Under the pieces are notes generated by a model. It saw only the letters and a list, made by a program, of their open reading frames with translations. It was not told the origin of the DNA and searched no databases. The position numbers and the translations under genes are program-made. 64,000 nucleotides of DNA from Candidatus Doriopsillibacter californiensis (GTDB lineage Bacteria; Pseudomonadota; Gammaproteobacteria; Tethybacterales; Persebacteraceae): positions 48,114 to 112,113 of the forward strand of contig JANQAO010000003.1 in assembly GCA_030386295.1 (NCBI GenBank), given 5' to 3'. Below are positions 40,907 to 50,668 of the stretch, piece by piece (within the stretch, counting starts at the first letter, position 1; each line of letters starts with the position of its first letter).

Positions 40907-41737
40907 TTAATCCGCTGTTGCGCGCAATAATTCATTAATGCTGGTTTTGCGACGAGTTTTTTCATCTACTGTTTTGACAATCACAGCGCAATTTAAAGAA
41001 TACGTGCCGTCTTTGGAGGGCAGGCTGCCTGGCACTACTACGCTTCCTGGTGGCACTTTGCCATAAAAAATTTCTCCGCTAGCGCGGTCGTAAATGCGTG
41101 TGCTTTGACCGATAAAAACGCCCATAGAAAGCACAGAACCACGTCCCACGACTACACCTTCCACCACTTCGGAACGAGCGCCGATAAAGCAACTGTCTTC
41201 AATAATTGTGGGCGCTGCCTGTAACGGCTCCAGAACTCCACCGATTCCAACACCGCCAGATAAGTGGACGTTTTTTCCGATTTGCGCGCAGGAGCCAACC
41301 GTAGCCCAAGTGTCTACCATTGTGCCTGAGTCTACATAAGCGCCAATGTTGACGTATGAAGGCATCAGTACCACATTGTCGGCGATGTAAGCGCCGTGTC
41401 GCACCGTTGCTGGTGGTACTACGCGAGTACCGCTATTTTTGAAAAAATCTTCATCAGCCGCAGCGTATTTGAGTGCTACTTTGTCATAGTAACGAGTAAA
41501 ACCGCCGACCATTACGGCATTGTCCGTCAGCCGGAATGATAACAACACGGCTTTTTTTAGCCACTGGTGGACTTCCCATGTATCTGTTTCGGAGGGAGAC
41601 GCCACTCGTCGTCGACCGCTATCCAAATCGTTTAGCACTGTTTCTACCGCTGTACGCACGGCGTGCGGGGCATTTTGCGGCGTTAATGAGGCACGCGCTT
41701 CATAAGCATTATTAATTATTTCTAATTCATTCATCAT
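40907..41737 (-). CDS. dapD: Tetrahydrodipicolinate N-succinyltransferase
   Basis: [30 protein letters not shown] and GGVLEPLQA motifs. Confidence 0.98.
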   Translation of the reverse strand: MMNELEIINNAYEARASLTPQNAPHAVRTAVETVLNDLDSGRRRVASPSETDTWEVHQWLKKAVLLSFRLTDNAVMVGGFTRYYDKVALKYAAADEDFFKNSGTRVVPPATVRHGAYIADNVVLMPSYVNIGAYVDSGTMVDTWATVGSCAQIGKNVHLSGGVGIGGVLEPLQAAPTIIEDSCFIGARSEVVEGVVVGRGSVLSMGVFIGQSTRIYDRASGEIFYGKVPPGSVVVPGSLPSKDGTYSLNCAVIVKTVDEKTRRKTSINELLRATAD

Positions 41738-41795
41738 TTTAGACCTTTTGCATAATTTGATATTTGAAAGTATGCTTTATAGAAAAACGGCATAA

Positions 41796-42236
41796 TCATA
41801 CACTATCTGCAGGGGCTTGTCCGGATAATGGTGCATTGCGCAAGCGAATACGTAGCTGGCGATGCGAATCGGCATCCATGCTATCTGTAGCGGCGAGAAT
41901 ACTAAATCGCTGCTGACCACTGCGCACAACAAAAATCGTTAGTATCGGCGATACAAAGCGGCTTGTTAACTGTCCGCATTGCGTACTATTATTGATAAAA
42001 AGTTCAATATTGCCGTTTGGCAGAAAATGGAAGCTGCGCACTACATTTTTTCCTTCAAGTAATGCATGGCGGCGAAAGTGCACAGTGAATATTATCGCCA
42101 CAGCTAAAATTACCAAAATTCGTAGTGGGTATGAGATTGCTATAATGCTTCCTGCACCAATGGTAGCAACAGTACCTACCAATATCAGCGATATGGCAAT
42201 AATACGCGATGAGGACAATACAAAACGAGATTCCAC
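41796..42236 (-). CDS. YgfX/CptA-like inner membrane protein
   Basis: Two N-terminal TM helices and C-terminal DSMDADSHRQLRIRLR; divergent from ygfZ. Start uncertain (42236 or 42254). Confidence 0.6.
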   Translation of the reverse strand: MESRFVLSSSRIIAISLILVGTVATIGAGSIIAISYPLRILVILAVAIIFTVHFRRHALLEGKNVVRSFHFLPNGNIELFINNSTQCGQLTSRFVSPILTIFVVRSGQQRFSILAATDSMDADSHRQLRIRLRNAPLSGQAPADSV

Positions 42237-42237
42237 G

Positions 42238-43068
42238 ATGAACGAGAGTAACACATTTGCGCCACTGAACTTTTTGCGCGCCGTACGTTTTGCTGGCGAT
42301 GATGCAGCAACATTTTTGCAAGGGCAATTGACGGCGGATACACTAGCATTACCATCCTCGCGATGGGTGCGTGCGGCTTATTGTTCTCTCAAAGGGCGAG
42401 TTATTGCCAGTATGCTTCTTGGTCGCAGTAATGATGCTTATATTGCCATTTTATGTGCGGACATTGCTGATGATTTTGCCACCCGATTGGCACGCTTCGT
42501 GTTGCGTGCCAAAGTGAAAATCACCGTTTTTCCTTCGGGTTGTGTCACCGTGGCGAAAAATACCAATAAAGTAGATAGTGGAACCATGAAAACCGAGGAG
42601 GAGGCGCAATTTTTTAATGATGACGGCTGGCTGTTGCGGGTAACAGAAAATGAAGAACCAGTCACAGCGGTGGATTTATCCACCGATTCGTCGTGGCAGC
42701 AGGAACAAATTTTTCGCGGCATTCCATGGGTGGGTAGGGAGGCTAGCGAACTGTTTATTCCGCAACATATAAATTTTGAATTGTTGGATGGTGTGAATTT
42801 CAAAAAAGGCTGTTACGTAGGGCAGGAGATTATTGCCCGCTTGCATTATTTAGGAAAAATCAAGCGTCGCGGCTATGTGGTGTCCGGTGAAGGCGCGCCA
42901 CCACCGGTAGGCGAAAAAATAAACGGTGGTGAAGTAGTGAACGCTGCCGATGATGGGAAAGGTGGTTTTGTTGTTTTTATTTCGGCACCGTGTGCGGCGG
43001 CGGAATCGTGGGAATGGGGAGACCTACATTTGCAATTATTACCCGTACCTTATTCTCTACAAGAGTAG
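42238..43068 (+). CDS. ygfZ: Folate-binding Fe-S repair protein YgfZ
   Basis: GDDAATFLQGQLT, CSLKGR and the signature KGCYVGQEIIAR. Confidence 0.93.
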   Translation: MNESNTFAPLNFLRAVRFAGDDAATFLQGQLTADTLALPSSRWVRAAYCSLKGRVIASMLLGRSNDAYIAILCADIADDFATRLARFVLRAKVKITVFPSGCVTVAKNTNKVDSGTMKTEEEAQFFNDDGWLLRVTENEEPVTAVDLSTDSSWQQEQIFRGIPWVGREASELFIPQHINFELLDGVNFKKGCYVGQEIIARLHYLGKIKRRGYVVSGEGAPPPVGEKINGGEVVNAADDGKGGFVVFISAPCAAAESWEWGDLHLQLLPVPYSLQE

Positions 43069-43106
43069 ATAGCTATGATACAATCTAGGGCTTACCAGAA
43101 AAAATT

Positions 43107-43430
43107 ATGACTGAACATACCACTGCAACATTTAAAACTGGGGGGAAACAATACCGCGTAAAAGCAGGTGATACTATCATCGTAGAATCATTGTCGGCGG
43201 TAGCCGGTGAGGCTAAGGCATTTGATAGTGTTCTCTTAATAGAAAAAAACGATGGTGCTACAGTGGGTTCTCCTTTTGTGTCGTCAGCGTCGGTGCAAGC
43301 AACTGTTGTTGAACAATTTCGTGGCGATAAAATTCGGATTTTTAAAATGCGTCGACGTAAGAAAAGCCGCCGCACGCAAGGGCACCGGCAGGCGCTAACA
43401 AAGTTGCGCATTGACAGTATTAACATTTAA
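43107..43430 (+). CDS. rplU: 50S ribosomal protein L21
   Basis: TGGKQYRV and KMRRRKKSRRTQGHRQ motifs. Confidence 0.97.
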   Translation: MTEHTTATFKTGGKQYRVKAGDTIIVESLSAVAGEAKAFDSVLLIEKNDGATVGSPFVSSASVQATVVEQFRGDKIRIFKMRRRKKSRRTQGHRQALTKLRIDSINI

Positions 43431-43448
43431 CGGCGAGGGCAGCTAACA

Positions 43449-43727
43449 ATGGCACAAAAAAAGGCTGGCGGCTCAACAAAAAATGGGCGCGATTCAAATC
43501 CAAAATATTTGGGAGTTAAGTGCTTTGGTGGCGAAAAAGTCCGCCCCGGTAGCATTATCGTGCGTCAGCGCGGTACAAAATTTCATCCCGGCGACAATGT
43601 CGGTATGGGGCGCGACCACACTCTCTTTAGCAAAACCGATGGTGTCGTTCTTTTTCGTCGCCACGGGCGCGGTAGTCGGCACTATGTCAACGTTGTCGCT
43701 GCTGTTTCGGACGTCAAGTCCGCTTAA
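43449..43727 (+). CDS. rpmA: 50S ribosomal protein L27
   Basis: [24 protein letters not shown] and GRDHTLF motifs. Confidence 0.98.
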   Translation: MAQKKAGGSTKNGRDSNPKYLGVKCFGGEKVRPGSIIVRQRGTKFHPGDNVGMGRDHTLFSKTDGVVLFRRHGRGSRHYVNVVAAVSDVKSA

Positions 43728-43775
43728 TCGTTACACCGTCGCATATCGCACTATGTGCCGCACCGGCAGGCGGCA

Positions 43776-44786
43776 ATGAAACGAGGATTTATTGATGAAA
43801 CTGTAATTTCCGTTACAGGTGGTGATGGTGGTAACGGTATTGTGAGTTTTTTACGCGAACGTGCTCGACCACATGGTGGTCCAAATGGAGGCAATGGTGG
43901 ACGTGGCGGAAATGTATTGGTTGTTGCCGACCGGCACGTTAAAACGCTGTTGGAATTATCTCGGCGGCGACGCATTGTCGCAGTTAATGGCAAACATGGT
44001 GAGGGTAGCGACCGTCATGGTGCTGGCGGCGTTGATACTCGTATTTTAGTGCCGGTAGGAACTCGGGTGTTAGACGCCGATACGGGTTATTTGCACGCTG
44101 ATTTATTATGTGACCAAGATAACACATTGCTTGCTGCCGGCGGGCATGGCGGTTTTGGGAATGCTCACTTTAAATCTTCTGTTAATCAGGCGCCGCGTCG
44201 TTGTACTGCTGGGGAAACCGGTGAAGAACGTCGTTTTCGTTTGGAGTTGCGTCTTTTGGCTAATGTTGGCTTCTTAGGATTGCCAAATGCTGGCAAGTCG
44301 TCATTGTTGCGGGCGCTATCGGCGGCTAAGCCTAAAGTTGCCGCTTATCCTTTCACGACTCTGTCACCACAGTTGGGAGTTATAGACGGCGGTGACGGTA
44401 GCACGATTACTATCGCCGATGTGCCCGGACTCATTGAAGGTGCAGCTCAAGGAGCGGGGCTTGGTAATCGTTTTCTCAAGCATCTCATGCGAACGGCACT
44501 GTTGTGTCATGTGGTAGACATGACAACAGAATCGCCAGAATCGGATTGTCGTTTGGTGGAGAATGAATTACAAAATACTGATTTGCCACTTATTCAAAAA
44601 CCGCGCTGGCTGGTGCTGAACAAAGCTGATATGCTTTCGGAAAGTGCTCGCGAGGCATGCCGAAAGACCATGTCTCAGCGTTTTCCAGAATTTTCGCAAA
44701 CGCATGTACTATCAGCTCTCACCGGTGAAGGTGTGCGTGAATTTTCCATTATGCTACTCAAACATCATGCGAACGTTACTATCTAA
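43776..44786 (+). CDS. obgE: GTPase ObgE/CgtA
   Basis: Gly-rich Obg fold, GLPNAGKS, YPFTTL, ADVPG and NKAD motifs. Confidence 0.97.
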   Translation: MKRGFIDETVISVTGGDGGNGIVSFLRERARPHGGPNGGNGGRGGNVLVVADRHVKTLLELSRRRRIVAVNGKHGEGSDRHGAGGVDTRILVPVGTRVLDADTGYLHADLLCDQDNTLLAAGGHGGFGNAHFKSSVNQAPRRCTAGETGEERRFRLELRLLANVGFLGLPNAGKSSLLRALSAAKPKVAAYPFTTLSPQLGVIDGGDGSTITIADVPGLIEGAAQGAGLGNRFLKHLMRTALLCHVVDMTTESPESDCRLVENELQNTDLPLIQKPRWLVLNKADMLSESAREACRKTMSQRFPEFSQTHVLSALTGEGVREFSIMLLKHHANVTI

Positions 44787-45879
44787 GGCGCGCCGGATTG
44801 TTGTTAAGGTTGGCAGCAGTTTGCTGACTGCTGACGGCACTCAATTAGATTTGAATTATATTAGGCAGTTATCTGCACAGGTTGCCGCGGCGCGATTGGA
44901 AGGTAAAGAAATTGTAATTGTTTCTTCTGGCGCAGTTGCCGCAGGCGTTCAGCGCTTGGGATGGGAAAAACGCCCAATCCTGCGTGCTGATATACAAGTT
45001 GCTGCTGCTGTTGGGCAAATGCGATTGAGCGACGCTTATGAAGACGCTTTTTCGCGTCATGGATTGCATGCAGGCCAAGCCCTTTTGACCGCCGAAGACA
45101 TGGCACACCGAACTTTGTATTTGAATGCTCGTACGGCGTTGCGGCGAATGTTAGATTGCCGCGTGATACCGGTAGTTAACGAAAATGATGTTATCGCTAC
45201 CGATGCGGTAAATTTTGATGACAATGATCGGTTGGCGGCACAAATTGTGAATTTGCTGGAAGCTGATGTACTGTTGATGCTTACCGACATTGACGGCTTG
45301 CGTACTGATGGTGGCAAGGGAGACGTTGTGCGGCAGGCGGCGGCGGCGGATGAAACTTTGCTGCGTTATGTAGTGCCACGAGTTGGCGGTGTAGGGTCCG
45401 GTGGTATGTCGACTAAATTACAAGCGGCTCGAGTTGCCGCCCGTAGCGGTGCTCATTCGTTGATTGCTAACGGCCGTGCCGATGATTGCTTACATCGCGC
45501 ACTAAGCGGTGATGTAGGGATTGGCACGTTGCTTGTTGCTGATACCCCACGATTGTCTGCGCGCAAGCAATGGCTAGCGAGTGGATTGCGTGTGTGTGGC
45601 GGAATGGTTTTGGACGCGGGTGCGGTGCGGGCGGTGGTGCGAGATAAAAAAAGCTTACTGCCGGCGGGAGTGAGCAAAGTTCACGGTGATTTTGTTCGCG
45701 GCGATTCAATTGTCTTAGAAAACGAAAGTGGTGGAATAGTTGGCTATGCACTAGTCAATTATGACTCGGCAGCGGCGTGTCGCCTCTGCGGTATTAATAG
45801 CCGCGATATTGCGCAAATTATCGGCTATGTTCACGAAGAAGAAATGGCGCACCGCGATAACATGTCTATCATAGAATAG
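44767..45879 (+). CDS. proB: Glutamate 5-kinase
   Basis: VVKVGSSLL, VSSGAVAAG, PVVNEND and GSGGMSTKL motifs; PUA domain ending HRDNM. Confidence 0.97.
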   Translation: MRTLLSKARRIVVKVGSSLLTADGTQLDLNYIRQLSAQVAAARLEGKEIVIVSSGAVAAGVQRLGWEKRPILRADIQVAAAVGQMRLSDAYEDAFSRHGLHAGQALLTAEDMAHRTLYLNARTALRRMLDCRVIPVVNENDVIATDAVNFDDNDRLAAQIVNLLEADVLLMLTDIDGLRTDGGKGDVVRQAAAADETLLRYVVPRVGGVGSGGMSTKLQAARVAARSGAHSLIANGRADDCLHRALSGDVGIGTLLVADTPRLSARKQWLASGLRVCGGMVLDAGAVRAVVRDKKSLLPAGVSKVHGDFVRGDSIVLENESGGIVGYALVNYDSAAACRLCGINSRDIAQIIGYVHEEEMAHRDNMSIIE

Positions 45880-45884
45880 CGACT

Positions 45885-46859
45885 GTGAAACAAAACAAAA
45901 GTGACTTAGCCGGAGAGTTGGCGAAATACGACGGTGATTTGCGCCGTATGTTTAAGAGAGGGCGGGCGCTAGTAAAGTCTGAAGTATCGTTAGCAGAAAT
46001 CATTAGCCGGAGACAATTATCTGGAGGCAAGCGTTTGCGGGCAGTGGTGGCGTTACTGAGTGGCAGATTGTGTGGCTTACCTGATGCCATGAGTGACAAA
46101 ACTGCGGTGGCTATTGAGTTTATCCATACTGCAACGTTGCTGCATGACGATGTCGTAGATGAAGCAGTATTGCGCCGCCGTCAATCTACGGCTAATCATG
46201 TTTATGGTAATTCGGCGGCGGTGTTGGCCGGTGATTTTTTGTATTCACGAGCGTCACAAATTTTGGCGGATATTGGTTGTATGCCGTTATTAGTTTGGAT
46301 TGCTGATGCGACTAACAGCTTAGCAGAAGGTGAAATTATGCAGTTGGAGCAGCGTGGTTGCATAATGACGAAGGATATTTATTTCAATATTATCCGTCGC
46401 AAGACTGCAAATTTATTTGAAGCAGCAACAGCAGCGGCGGTGTTGATTGCCGACCGTCCTGCCGTTTTGGCGGCGATGACCGCCTATGGAAGACACTTGG
46501 GTATGGCTTTTCAGTTGATTGATGACTGTTTAGATTATGTTGGTTCTGATGCAGAAATGGGAAAAAAAATTGGCGCCGATTTCGCCGAAGGGAAAATGAC
46601 ATTGCCCGCTATTTTAGCGTTAGAAAAAACCAATGGTACGACTCGCCGTCGCTTGCTGACTGGGTGGAAAAAAAATGATGATGTTTCGTTTGCCGACACC
46701 CTACGGCTGGCACGTGAGACCGGCGCGTTGGATGAAGTGCACAGGTTGGCTGCCAAAGAATCTGAACTTGCCATCGCGGCTTTGGATGAACTGTCCCCTA
46801 GTTTGGCACGTGATTCGCTGACAACTTTGGCAAAAGTTTCGGTAAATCGACGTTGCTAA
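45885..46859 (+). CDS. ispB: Octaprenyl/polyprenyl diphosphate synthase
   Basis: GGKRLR, HTATLLHDDVVD, GDFLYS and FQLIDDCLDY motifs. Confidence 0.9.
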   Translation: MKQNKSDLAGELAKYDGDLRRMFKRGRALVKSEVSLAEIISRRQLSGGKRLRAVVALLSGRLCGLPDAMSDKTAVAIEFIHTATLLHDDVVDEAVLRRRQSTANHVYGNSAAVLAGDFLYSRASQILADIGCMPLLVWIADATNSLAEGEIMQLEQRGCIMTKDIYFNIIRRKTANLFEAATAAAVLIADRPAVLAAMTAYGRHLGMAFQLIDDCLDYVGSDAEMGKKIGADFAEGKMTLPAILALEKTNGTTRRRLLTGWKKNDDVSFADTLRLARETGALDEVHRLAAKESELAIAALDELSPSLARDSLTTLAKVSVNRRC

Positions 46860-46948
46860 TTGACGGCTAATAGCAATCACCATTGCGAGAAGATTATCTA
46901 ACTCTCTCTTGATAGTATGCGGTTATCAGCTTATGCTTCTACCGTGAT

Positions 46949-47368
46949 ATGATTCCACTACTGATGTTAAATTCCCCAGAAAAAAAATCACCAGAGCAAT
47001 TGCGAGAACGTTTGACTGATTTGCAATATCGTGTTACACAGAAAAAAGGTACGGAACCAGCTTTTACTGGTGAATATCACGATTGCAAAACATCTGGAAC
47101 ATACATTTGTATTTGTTGCGATCGAGAGTTATTTGATTCTGATACCAAATATGATTCCGGTACTGGCTGGCCGTCGTTTTATGCTCCCAAAAATGCTGAC
47201 AGTGTGGCAGAAAAAAAAGACAATTCATTTTTTATACGGCGCACCGAGGTGGTTTGCGGCAATTGTGACGCTCATTTAGGGCATGTTTTCAATGACGGTC
47301 CTCAGCCGACGGGAATGCGCTACTGCATGAATTCTGCCGCCTTGCGACTCAATCCTAAAAATGATTAA
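46949..47368 (+). CDS. msrB: Peptide-methionine (R)-S-oxide reductase
   Basis: GTEPAFTG, SGTGWPSF, HLGHVFNDGP and RYCMNS motifs. Confidence 0.97.
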   Translation: MIPLLMLNSPEKKSPEQLRERLTDLQYRVTQKKGTEPAFTGEYHDCKTSGTYICICCDRELFDSDTKYDSGTGWPSFYAPKNADSVAEKKDNSFFIRRTEVVCGNCDAHLGHVFNDGPQPTGMRYCMNSAALRLNPKND

Positions 47369-47373
47369 GCAAA

Positions 47374-47919
47374 ATGCGCCACTGGATTAACATTACGCCG
47401 GCAATTGTTTTTTTTGGTGTTTTCATAATGACCAAACAAGATTTTCGCACTGCCACAATGGCACTGATGGTTGCCGTTGTTCTGCAAATTTTGGCACTCA
47501 AACTGTGTAAATTGCCAATTAAGGCTATGGAATGGACAATACTTAGTCTCGTTTTAGTATTTGGTTGTATTACCTTATTGTTGCGCGAAAATTTTTATCT
47601 GCAAATCAAAACTACCGTTATTAATTGGTTATTTGCGCTGGTATTGGTGATTGCTGAATTCGGATTCAAAAAAAATCTTATGAAGGGAGTTCTCAGCGAA
47701 TTTATTACCGCACCAGATGCGGTATGGCGACGAGCGTTGCTTATGCTGTCGATAATGTTTGGCATTATCGGTGCCGCCAATCTAATAATTATTTTTAATT
47801 TTTCCGAATCCGCTTGGGTATATGTTAAAACATTTGGTTATCCCGCTTTTAGTTTTTTGTCGCTCCTTACCATTATTACTTATCTGATGCGTCATGCCGC
47901 TACTCGTGATGAGCGATAG
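47374..47919 (+). CDS. yciB: Inner membrane protein YciB/IspZ
   Basis: LVFGCITL, KTTVINWLFA and WVYVKTFG motifs; msrB-yciB-bolA-PPIase synteny. Confidence 0.85.
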   Translation: MRHWINITPAIVFFGVFIMTKQDFRTATMALMVAVVLQILALKLCKLPIKAMEWTILSLVLVFGCITLLLRENFYLQIKTTVINWLFALVLVIAEFGFKKNLMKGVLSEFITAPDAVWRRALLMLSIMFGIIGAANLIIIFNFSESAWVYVKTFGYPAFSFLSLLTIITYLMRHAATRDER

Positions 47920-48202
47920 CAGTCTTACAGAGCAGTTGCGTACCCGTTTGCGGGCGCTATCGCCACGGCAATTGAACCTGACTAATGAGAGCCATCTGCA
48001 CGTTGGTCATCAAGAAGCCGGTAATGGTGCGCACTTTAGGCTGCATATTGTTTCTGACTGTTTTGTTGGATTATCTATTTTGGCACGTCATCGTTTGATA
48101 TACGACACGGTTGGCGCTCTTATGGAACAAGGTATACATGCGTTATCTATCGCCGCTTTTACGTTTGAAGAACATTCCCATAGAAAGGACTCTCGCTCAT
48201 GA
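47909..48202 (+). CDS. bolA: BolA family protein
   Basis: NESHLHVGH, HFRLHIVS, RHRLIY and IHALSI motifs. Confidence 0.92.
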   Translation: MSDSSLTEQLRTRLRALSPRQLNLTNESHLHVGHQEAGNGAHFRLHIVSDCFVGLSILARHRLIYDTVGALMEQGIHALSIAAFTFEEHSHRKDSRS

Positions 48203-49038
48203 AAAAAAACTATTATCTATTATTACTCGCTGCTTTTTTTGTCACTGGCTGTAGTAATGCTAATGATGAAACTACTGGTACCAGCAGTGATACCGAAAAA
48301 CCAGCCGTTACAGCTAGCGAAGATACTATTGTCACAATTGATGGTGATGCTATCCCTGTTGTACGATTGGAGGCCTACATGCGCCCGGGGAGTAATGAAA
48401 CTCGTGAGCAAGTATTGGAAAATGTTATTGCCAGCGAAATCATCAGCCGTGCCGCTCGTGCTGCGGGGCTTCACGAAAAAGCGGATATTGCTCAACAATT
48501 AGTAATTCAAGAACAAACTGTATTGGGGCGCGCATATACACAACAATTTTTAGAAGAAAATCAGGTAACGGAAGAGCAAATTACCTTGCGTTATGAAGAA
48601 TTAAAAAATGAATTTGCTAATCGAAAAGAGTATTCAGCGGCACACATTTTGACTAAAGATGAAGAAAAGGCCAAGACTATTTACAAACAAGTTAGCGAAA
48701 ATCCTGAAAAATTTGCAGAACTGGCAAAGGAACATTCAGAAGATCCTGGTTCGGCGCAAAATGGTGGTAGTTTGGGCTGGGTGGAATCTCGGGTATTTGT
48801 TCCCGAATTTGCTGCTGCTCTTGAGATGACCGATGCCGGTGAATTAGCTTCGGGGCCAGTGCAAAGCCAATTTGGTTGGCACATCATTTTAGTGGAAGAC
48901 ACTCGCCCGTTGTCGGTACCACCGTTCAATGACGAAATGCGGGAACGGCTGAGGCAGGCAGTCCGAATTGAACTGTTCACGGAACATTTGGACGGATTGC
49001 GCGCAAAAGCAAACATCGTTATTAACGAACAACAGTAA
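48199..49038 (+). CDS. Parvulin-type peptidylprolyl isomerase (lipoprotein)
   Basis: Lipobox VTGC, AAHIL, FAELAKEHSEDPGS..NGGSLGW and SQFGWHII motifs. Confidence 0.92.
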   Translation: MKKNYYLLLLAAFFVTGCSNANDETTGTSSDTEKPAVTASEDTIVTIDGDAIPVVRLEAYMRPGSNETREQVLENVIASEIISRAARAAGLHEKADIAQQLVIQEQTVLGRAYTQQFLEENQVTEEQITLRYEELKNEFANRKEYSAAHILTKDEEKAKTIYKQVSENPEKFAELAKEHSEDPGSAQNGGSLGWVESRVFVPEFAAALEMTDAGELASGPVQSQFGWHIILVEDTRPLSVPPFNDEMRERLRQAVRIELFTEHLDGLRAKANIVINEQQ

Positions 49039-49042
49039 TATC

Positions 49043-49921
49043 GTGCCTCCGCGTGTTATTGCGGGGTGGCAAATGCTGGTTTTTGGCGGTGCATACGGTA
49101 ATCTGTCAGCATTGCAGGCGTTGTTGAGAGTAGTTGGTAGCGAGCAATCGTTGAATATTGTATGTACCGGCGATCTCGTTGCTTATTGTGCTGATGGTGC
49201 GGCGGTTTGTGAATTGGTGCGTGACAAAATCCCGGATGCTACCTTTGTCCGCGGTAATTGCGAACGTGCGGTGGGAAATGATGAGGAAGATTGTGGTTGC
49301 GGTTTTGACACCGATAGTACCTGCGCGCTGTTGTCTGTTTCATGGCATCGCCATGCTCGTATCAATATTTCCGCTACTACTAAAGTATGGATGAAGAAAC
49401 TGCCCATGCGAACAGATATCGTCTTCGGTGGGCGGAAATTGGCCGTTGTTCATGCCGATGGCGTGAGTGATAACCGTTTTATTTTTCCATCTACACCGGA
49501 ATCAAACAAACAAGCAGTTTTAAGTGCTATGGGGGTGGACGGCGTTATTGCTGGTCACAGCGGCATTCCTTTTACGCAGATGTTGAACAATGGCGGAATT
49601 TGGCACAATAGTGGTGCGCTGGGTATGCCAGCCAATGATGGGACTAATCGTGTTTGGTACGCGCTATGGACGGTGGAAGCGGATGGTATTCACATTACTC
49701 ATCATGCATTGAATTATGATATTGCTGTAACTGCGTCGACCATGAAAGCTGCCGGATTGCCGCCCGATTATCGGCTTACATTGGATTCTGGGATTTGGCC
49801 TAGCGATAGTGTTTTGCCGGAAATAGAACGACGACAACAGGGTCAACAGCTCAATCCTCCACCAGTTTTTTGGCCTTCTTCAACGATAGTTATTAAGAAG
49901 ACGAGCAGCGTGCCGCGCTAA
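49043..49921 (+). CDS. Calcineurin-like metallophosphoesterase with a CGCGF insertion
   Basis: GGAYGN, TGDLVAY, RGNCE, DCGCGF, GHSGIP and NSGALGMPANDG motifs. Start uncertain (49043 or 49073). Confidence 0.75.
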   Translation: MPPRVIAGWQMLVFGGAYGNLSALQALLRVVGSEQSLNIVCTGDLVAYCADGAAVCELVRDKIPDATFVRGNCERAVGNDEEDCGCGFDTDSTCALLSVSWHRHARINISATTKVWMKKLPMRTDIVFGGRKLAVVHADGVSDNRFIFPSTPESNKQAVLSAMGVDGVIAGHSGIPFTQMLNNGGIWHNSGALGMPANDGTNRVWYALWTVEADGIHITHHALNYDIAVTASTMKAAGLPPDYRLTLDSGIWPSDSVLPEIERRQQGQQLNPPPVFWPSSTIVIKKTSSVPR

Positions 49922-50598
49922 CTACCGTGCTGTAGCCACGCGGCACAGTGTTGTTCAACGGAGTCAAAATCAGGCAGGACGAAATTACGAGTTCCAAATG
50001 GCAATGTGATAAGTGTGTCAACAATATTTGCACTGAGTAATGGTTTATTTTTATTTTCGCCTCTCAGCACAGTAGTTTCACGCTACTTTCAATAAATAGC
50101 GTAATGTACTTGCGCGTTTGGCTTAATTGCCTTCTATATGCACTTGCCATGGACTTTTACTGTCGCCAGAAAAATAAAAACGCACTGCAGGAGGATGCTG
50201 TTGTGCTCGGCGGATGGCAAACTCAATAAGATCGCGTGCTGTGCCGCTGGATTGGGCTCCGCCGTGCACTACGGTCTGCGGAGTAAAAACATCACCAATG
50301 TGGCGTAAATGTCGGTTGTAACCTTGCTGCCGTTGCGTATAAGCAGAATCAAAAAATGGAGCTTTCCACTAAGAGCTGCCGTGTACCAAGTTGTCCCAAT
50401 AATCAACATGCAATTCTAATGCTGCCACGTTATCGCGGCGGGAGAAATTTTTTAAAAATAACTGTTCTGCTGGTGAGCAGGAATAGCACCCCTGTGAGGT
50501 GAACGGTTCTACCAAAATCTCACAGACGGCGCTGCAGCCCCTTCTGTAACTGCCGACAGTGGCGTCAGAACTATCAACTAAACGATAATATTTTTCAT
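49900..50598 (-). pseudogene. DUF1223 thioredoxin-like protein pseudogene (not in the ORF track)
   Basis: Manual translation gives LVEPFTSQGCYSCSPAE...LHVDYWDNL..*WKAPF...YTQRQQGY...VFTPQTVVHG...TTVLRGENKNK, with several stops and frameshifts. Confidence 0.85.
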
Positions 50599-50668
50599 TG
50601 TGTCATTTCCTTCTAACTTGTATAATGAGTACACGTGTTTTTTTATTTTAGTCAAGAGAGGGAAAGTT

